A DNA stretch of 64,000 bases, taken from NCBI GenBank assembly GCA_049968255.1, contig JBMFRB010000001.1, forward strand, positions 64,001 to 128,000. The letters are read 5' to 3'. The notes under the pieces were generated by a model. The model had not been told where the DNA came from. It saw only the letters and a program-made list of their open reading frames with translations, and did not search any database. This stretch comes from Candidatus Sumerlaeaceae bacterium (GTDB taxonomy: Bacteria > Sumerlaeota > Sumerlaeia > Sumerlaeales > Sumerlaeaceae). How positions within the stretch are numbered: position 1 is the stretch's first letter; the number at the start of each line of letters is the position of its first letter. Of this stretch, positions 61,455-64,000 are shown one piece after another. A program made the position numbers and the translations under genes.

Positions 61455-61730
61455 TCACGCCGACGCTTTTTGCGCTGCGCTGAGTTTTTTCAACAGCTTG
61501 GATTGCAGGCGGCGCATTTTGTTCTTGTGAATAATGCCGCGTTTCCAAAGGCGGCCGATGAGGCTTTGAGTCTCCCGCACCATTTTGGTGGCAACATCGG
61601 CTTCTCCTGAGGAGATGAGCGTGACGCTTTTTTTGATGCATGTCTTCATCGTGGATTTTGCGGCGCGGTTGCGAGCCTCACGCTTGAGGTTTTGGCGCAT
61701 ACGCTTCTTTGCAGATTTCTTGTTCGGCAA
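61455..61730 (-). CDS. rpsT: 30S ribosomal protein S20
   Basis: PNKKSAKKRMRQ, GIIHKN; TTG start. Confidence 0.97.
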   Translation of the reverse strand: MPNKKSAKKRMRQNLKREARNRAAKSTMKTCIKKSVTLISSGEADVATKMVRETQSLIGRLWKRGIIHKNKMRRLQSKLLKKLSAAQKASA

Positions 61731-61886
61731 GGCAGTCCACCTTCACAGTTATTGCGTTTGTGTTTCTCCAGGAAACGGTCCCCGCACGCGCCTTCGCGTG
61801 TGCCGGGTGCCGTAATCCGGCGCTAGATACCACAGGCTACTGAAATTGTTCGCCAGGCGCGGTGTCAGAATTTGCGGTGCAGTGAA

Positions 61887-63764
61887 TCATCCCGTCCAAC
61901 CAAGGAGTTCTTCCTCCGATTTCACGAGCGGAAGCTGGACGTTGACGATCGTTCCGCACCCTTCACGGCTCCGGATGAAGATTCGTCCGCGGTGGTCATC
62001 CACGATGCGTTGCACTAGCGCAAGCCCAAGGCCGGTGCCGTGAGTTTTTGTGGTGAAAAAGGGCGACCAAATCTTTGGCAACACGTCACGCGGGATGCCA
62101 TGGCCGTTGTCCACGATCCGAATTCGGACGTACTTGCCCGTGTTTTGGGTGCGTACAATGACCATGCCGCCTCGCGGCACTGCCGATCGTGCATTTTGTA
62201 AGAGATTGAGCAGCATTTGCCGCATTTGCATGCGGTCGCAAACCGTTGGGGGGAGATCCGGCGCAAGATCGTGAACAACGGTGATTTCTTTGCGACGGAA
62301 TTCGTCCTGAACGAACGTAAGCGCTTCGGCCACGACAGTGTTGAGGTTGACCAGCTCGTAGGTGGGTTTGGCATGGCGGGCAAAGTCGAGCACATCTTTG
62401 ATGAACTTATTGAGCCGGTCCACCTCTTCCATAATAATTGCCGTGTACTCGGCTATCTTGGGATCGGCCAGATCGGCCGCGCGGCGTTGGATGCGCTGAG
62501 CAAATCCTCGCACGCTCGTCAGGGGATTGCGAATTTCGTGAGCGACAGTGGCAGCCATTTCGCCGAGCGCGGCAAGCCGTTCTTTGCGCAGCAGCTCCTT
62601 CTGAGTGCGGCGAAGAGCTTCGTAAGACTCAAGCAGCTGCCGGTTCTGTTCCTCGATCTGTCGATATAGACGCGCATTTTCAATGGCCTGGGCGGCCATT
62701 CCCGCGATGGCGAGCAAAATTTTCCGTTCCGAAAGATCAAACTCACGACGCTCGGCGGTGTAGAGGCGGATGGTGCCAATCGTGCGGCGGCGCGCGACGA
62801 GTGGCGCGCAGATCATTGAGACGACTCCCGCTCGCGTGGCTTCGTCGCGCCAGCGAAACTGCGAATCTACACGCACATCTTCCATATAAATCATCTCGCC
62901 GCCAATGACGGGATGGTCCACGTGGCTTTCCTCGAACGGGACCTCTTGGGGCCCGATAAATCGCTCGCCGCTCGATGCCACGACACGAATAAAAAGGCGA
63001 CCGTCGCGCTCCTCCAGAAGGCGAATTGTGCACTCAGCCGCATCAAAAATTTGTTTTGTGCGATGGACGATCAGCTTGAGTACGCTTTGGTAATCGAGCG
63101 TCGACGCCATCTCTTGCTGGATCTCGTAGAGAAGCGAGATTTCGCGATAGTGCTGCTCGAGCTCCTCGTGCGTGACAGCATTACGCAACACTTGTGCGGC
63201 AAGCGAGGCTAGTGTGGAAAGAAATTCTCGGGTGTCGGCATCAAACAGCCGTTGGCGGCGCGCAAAAATGTCGATGACACCCAACGCTTCATCGCCGGCA
63301 ACCAGCGGTATGGTGAGGCGGCAAGACTTGTCGCCCGCCAGCGAATCACTGCCGCGAATGTCTTCCCCGTATTGGTGCAACTGCCCCGTGCGCACAACTT
63401 CGACAAGCACGTTTGCGCTCTCAAGCAGATCAATTCGTTCCAGTCGCGGCATGGTCCCGCGCCAAAGTTTTGGCACTAACAAATTCGATGCGGAATCGAG
63501 AATATAAAGCACCGCACCGTCGGCAGCGGTCCAGCGCACGACTTCATCGAGCACAAGGCGCATGATTTCGGTGGGCTTCATCGTGGAGGTCATGGCCACT
63601 GTGACGCGATAAAGCGCCTGAAGCTGCAGCATCCGGTGATTGAGCTGCTGCGTTGTTGAGCTGTCGGCTAAGTTGTGGGCGGATGGCGAAGGGTCTCGCT
63701 GCTGCGCAGCAGCACAGCTTTCCTCGAGATGAGCGTACTTATTGGTTTTTGAGCGCTTCTTCAT
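61887..63764 (-). CDS. Cytoplasmic 2xGAF histidine kinase (NtrB-like transmitter)
   Basis: Two GAF domains; ERLAALGEMAATVAHEIRNPL; FFTTK-HGTGLGL. Confidence 0.93.
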   Translation of the reverse strand: MKKRSKTNKYAHLEESCAAAQQRDPSPSAHNLADSSTTQQLNHRMLQLQALYRVTVAMTSTMKPTEIMRLVLDEVVRWTAADGAVLYILDSASNLLVPKLWRGTMPRLERIDLLESANVLVEVVRTGQLHQYGEDIRGSDSLAGDKSCRLTIPLVAGDEALGVIDIFARRQRLFDADTREFLSTLASLAAQVLRNAVTHEELEQHYREISLLYEIQQEMASTLDYQSVLKLIVHRTKQIFDAAECTIRLLEERDGRLFIRVVASSGERFIGPQEVPFEESHVDHPVIGGEMIYMEDVRVDSQFRWRDEATRAGVVSMICAPLVARRRTIGTIRLYTAERREFDLSERKILLAIAGMAAQAIENARLYRQIEEQNRQLLESYEALRRTQKELLRKERLAALGEMAATVAHEIRNPLTSVRGFAQRIQRRAADLADPKIAEYTAIIMEEVDRLNKFIKDVLDFARHAKPTYELVNLNTVVAEALTFVQDEFRRKEITVVHDLAPDLPPTVCDRMQMRQMLLNLLQNARSAVPRGGMVIVRTQNTGKYVRIRIVDNGHGIPRDVLPKIWSPFFTTKTHGTGLGLALVQRIVDDHRGRIFIRSREGCGTIVNVQLPLVKSEEELLGWTG

Positions 63765-64000
63765 AGACGCCGAGAGTCTCGCGGACGGTGCGACGCCAAG
63801 TCAAGGCAGCAGCCGCCTGGCGGGCACGAGCCACACGCTCGGCGCGCAGTGTGTCGTCGCTAAGCAGACAGGCCACAGCCGCAGCGAGCGCACGCGGCGT
63901 CGGCTCAGCCAGAACATAAGCGCTCTCTGCCCCGGTGAAATCGAACACGCCACAATTGGCCGAAGAAACTACGGGGACACCCGCAGCCATTGCCTCGAGG
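63739..64000 (-). CDS. GT4-family glycosyltransferase, C-terminal part (runs off the window)
   Basis: LEAMAAGVPVVSS...LTWRRTVRETLGVY. Confidence 0.85.
   Translation of the reverse strand, partial: LEAMAAGVPVVSSANCGVFDFTGAESAYVLAEPTPRALAAAVACLLSDDTLRAERVARARQAAAALTWRRTVRETLGVYEEALKNQ

Overview
Housekeeping-rich chromosomal window from a diderm (LPS-making) bacterium. The overall look suggests a deep-branching lineage such as Sumerlaeota/BRC1, but that is an impression, not a search result. It holds about 50 protein genes and one tRNA-Gln(CTG), with no integrase, transposase, CRISPR array or prophage. Core genes: lpxB, apt, recA, pheA, ribF, infA-rpmJ-rpsM-rpsK-rpsD-rpoA-rplQ, nuoH, groES-groEL, rplY, rpsT. 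Main findings: (1) a two-gene unit pairing a 2xSPOR/TM/linker/beta-sandwich protein with a 2603-aa TPR protein headed by a DnaG-type CHC2 zinc finger; (2) a shared C-terminal motif VPxx[LV]SSWxxE-stop on two unrelated secreted enzymes, one visible only after repairing a 1-nt frameshift, which is a candidate protein-sorting signal; (3) an AmmeMemoRadiSam cluster whose radical SAM enzyme has a Tat signal and whose partners also look extracytoplasmic; (4) a DnaD-like plus DnaC/DnaI-like pair without phage context; (5) a roughly 190-nt rod-like RNA upstream of rplY and a structured leader before rpsM; (6) sigma54-type promoters, a circularly permuted domain inserted in a subtilase, and a recurring DxxTT motif in exported proteins. 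All family calls come from motif recognition by eye; no database search or folding program was run.
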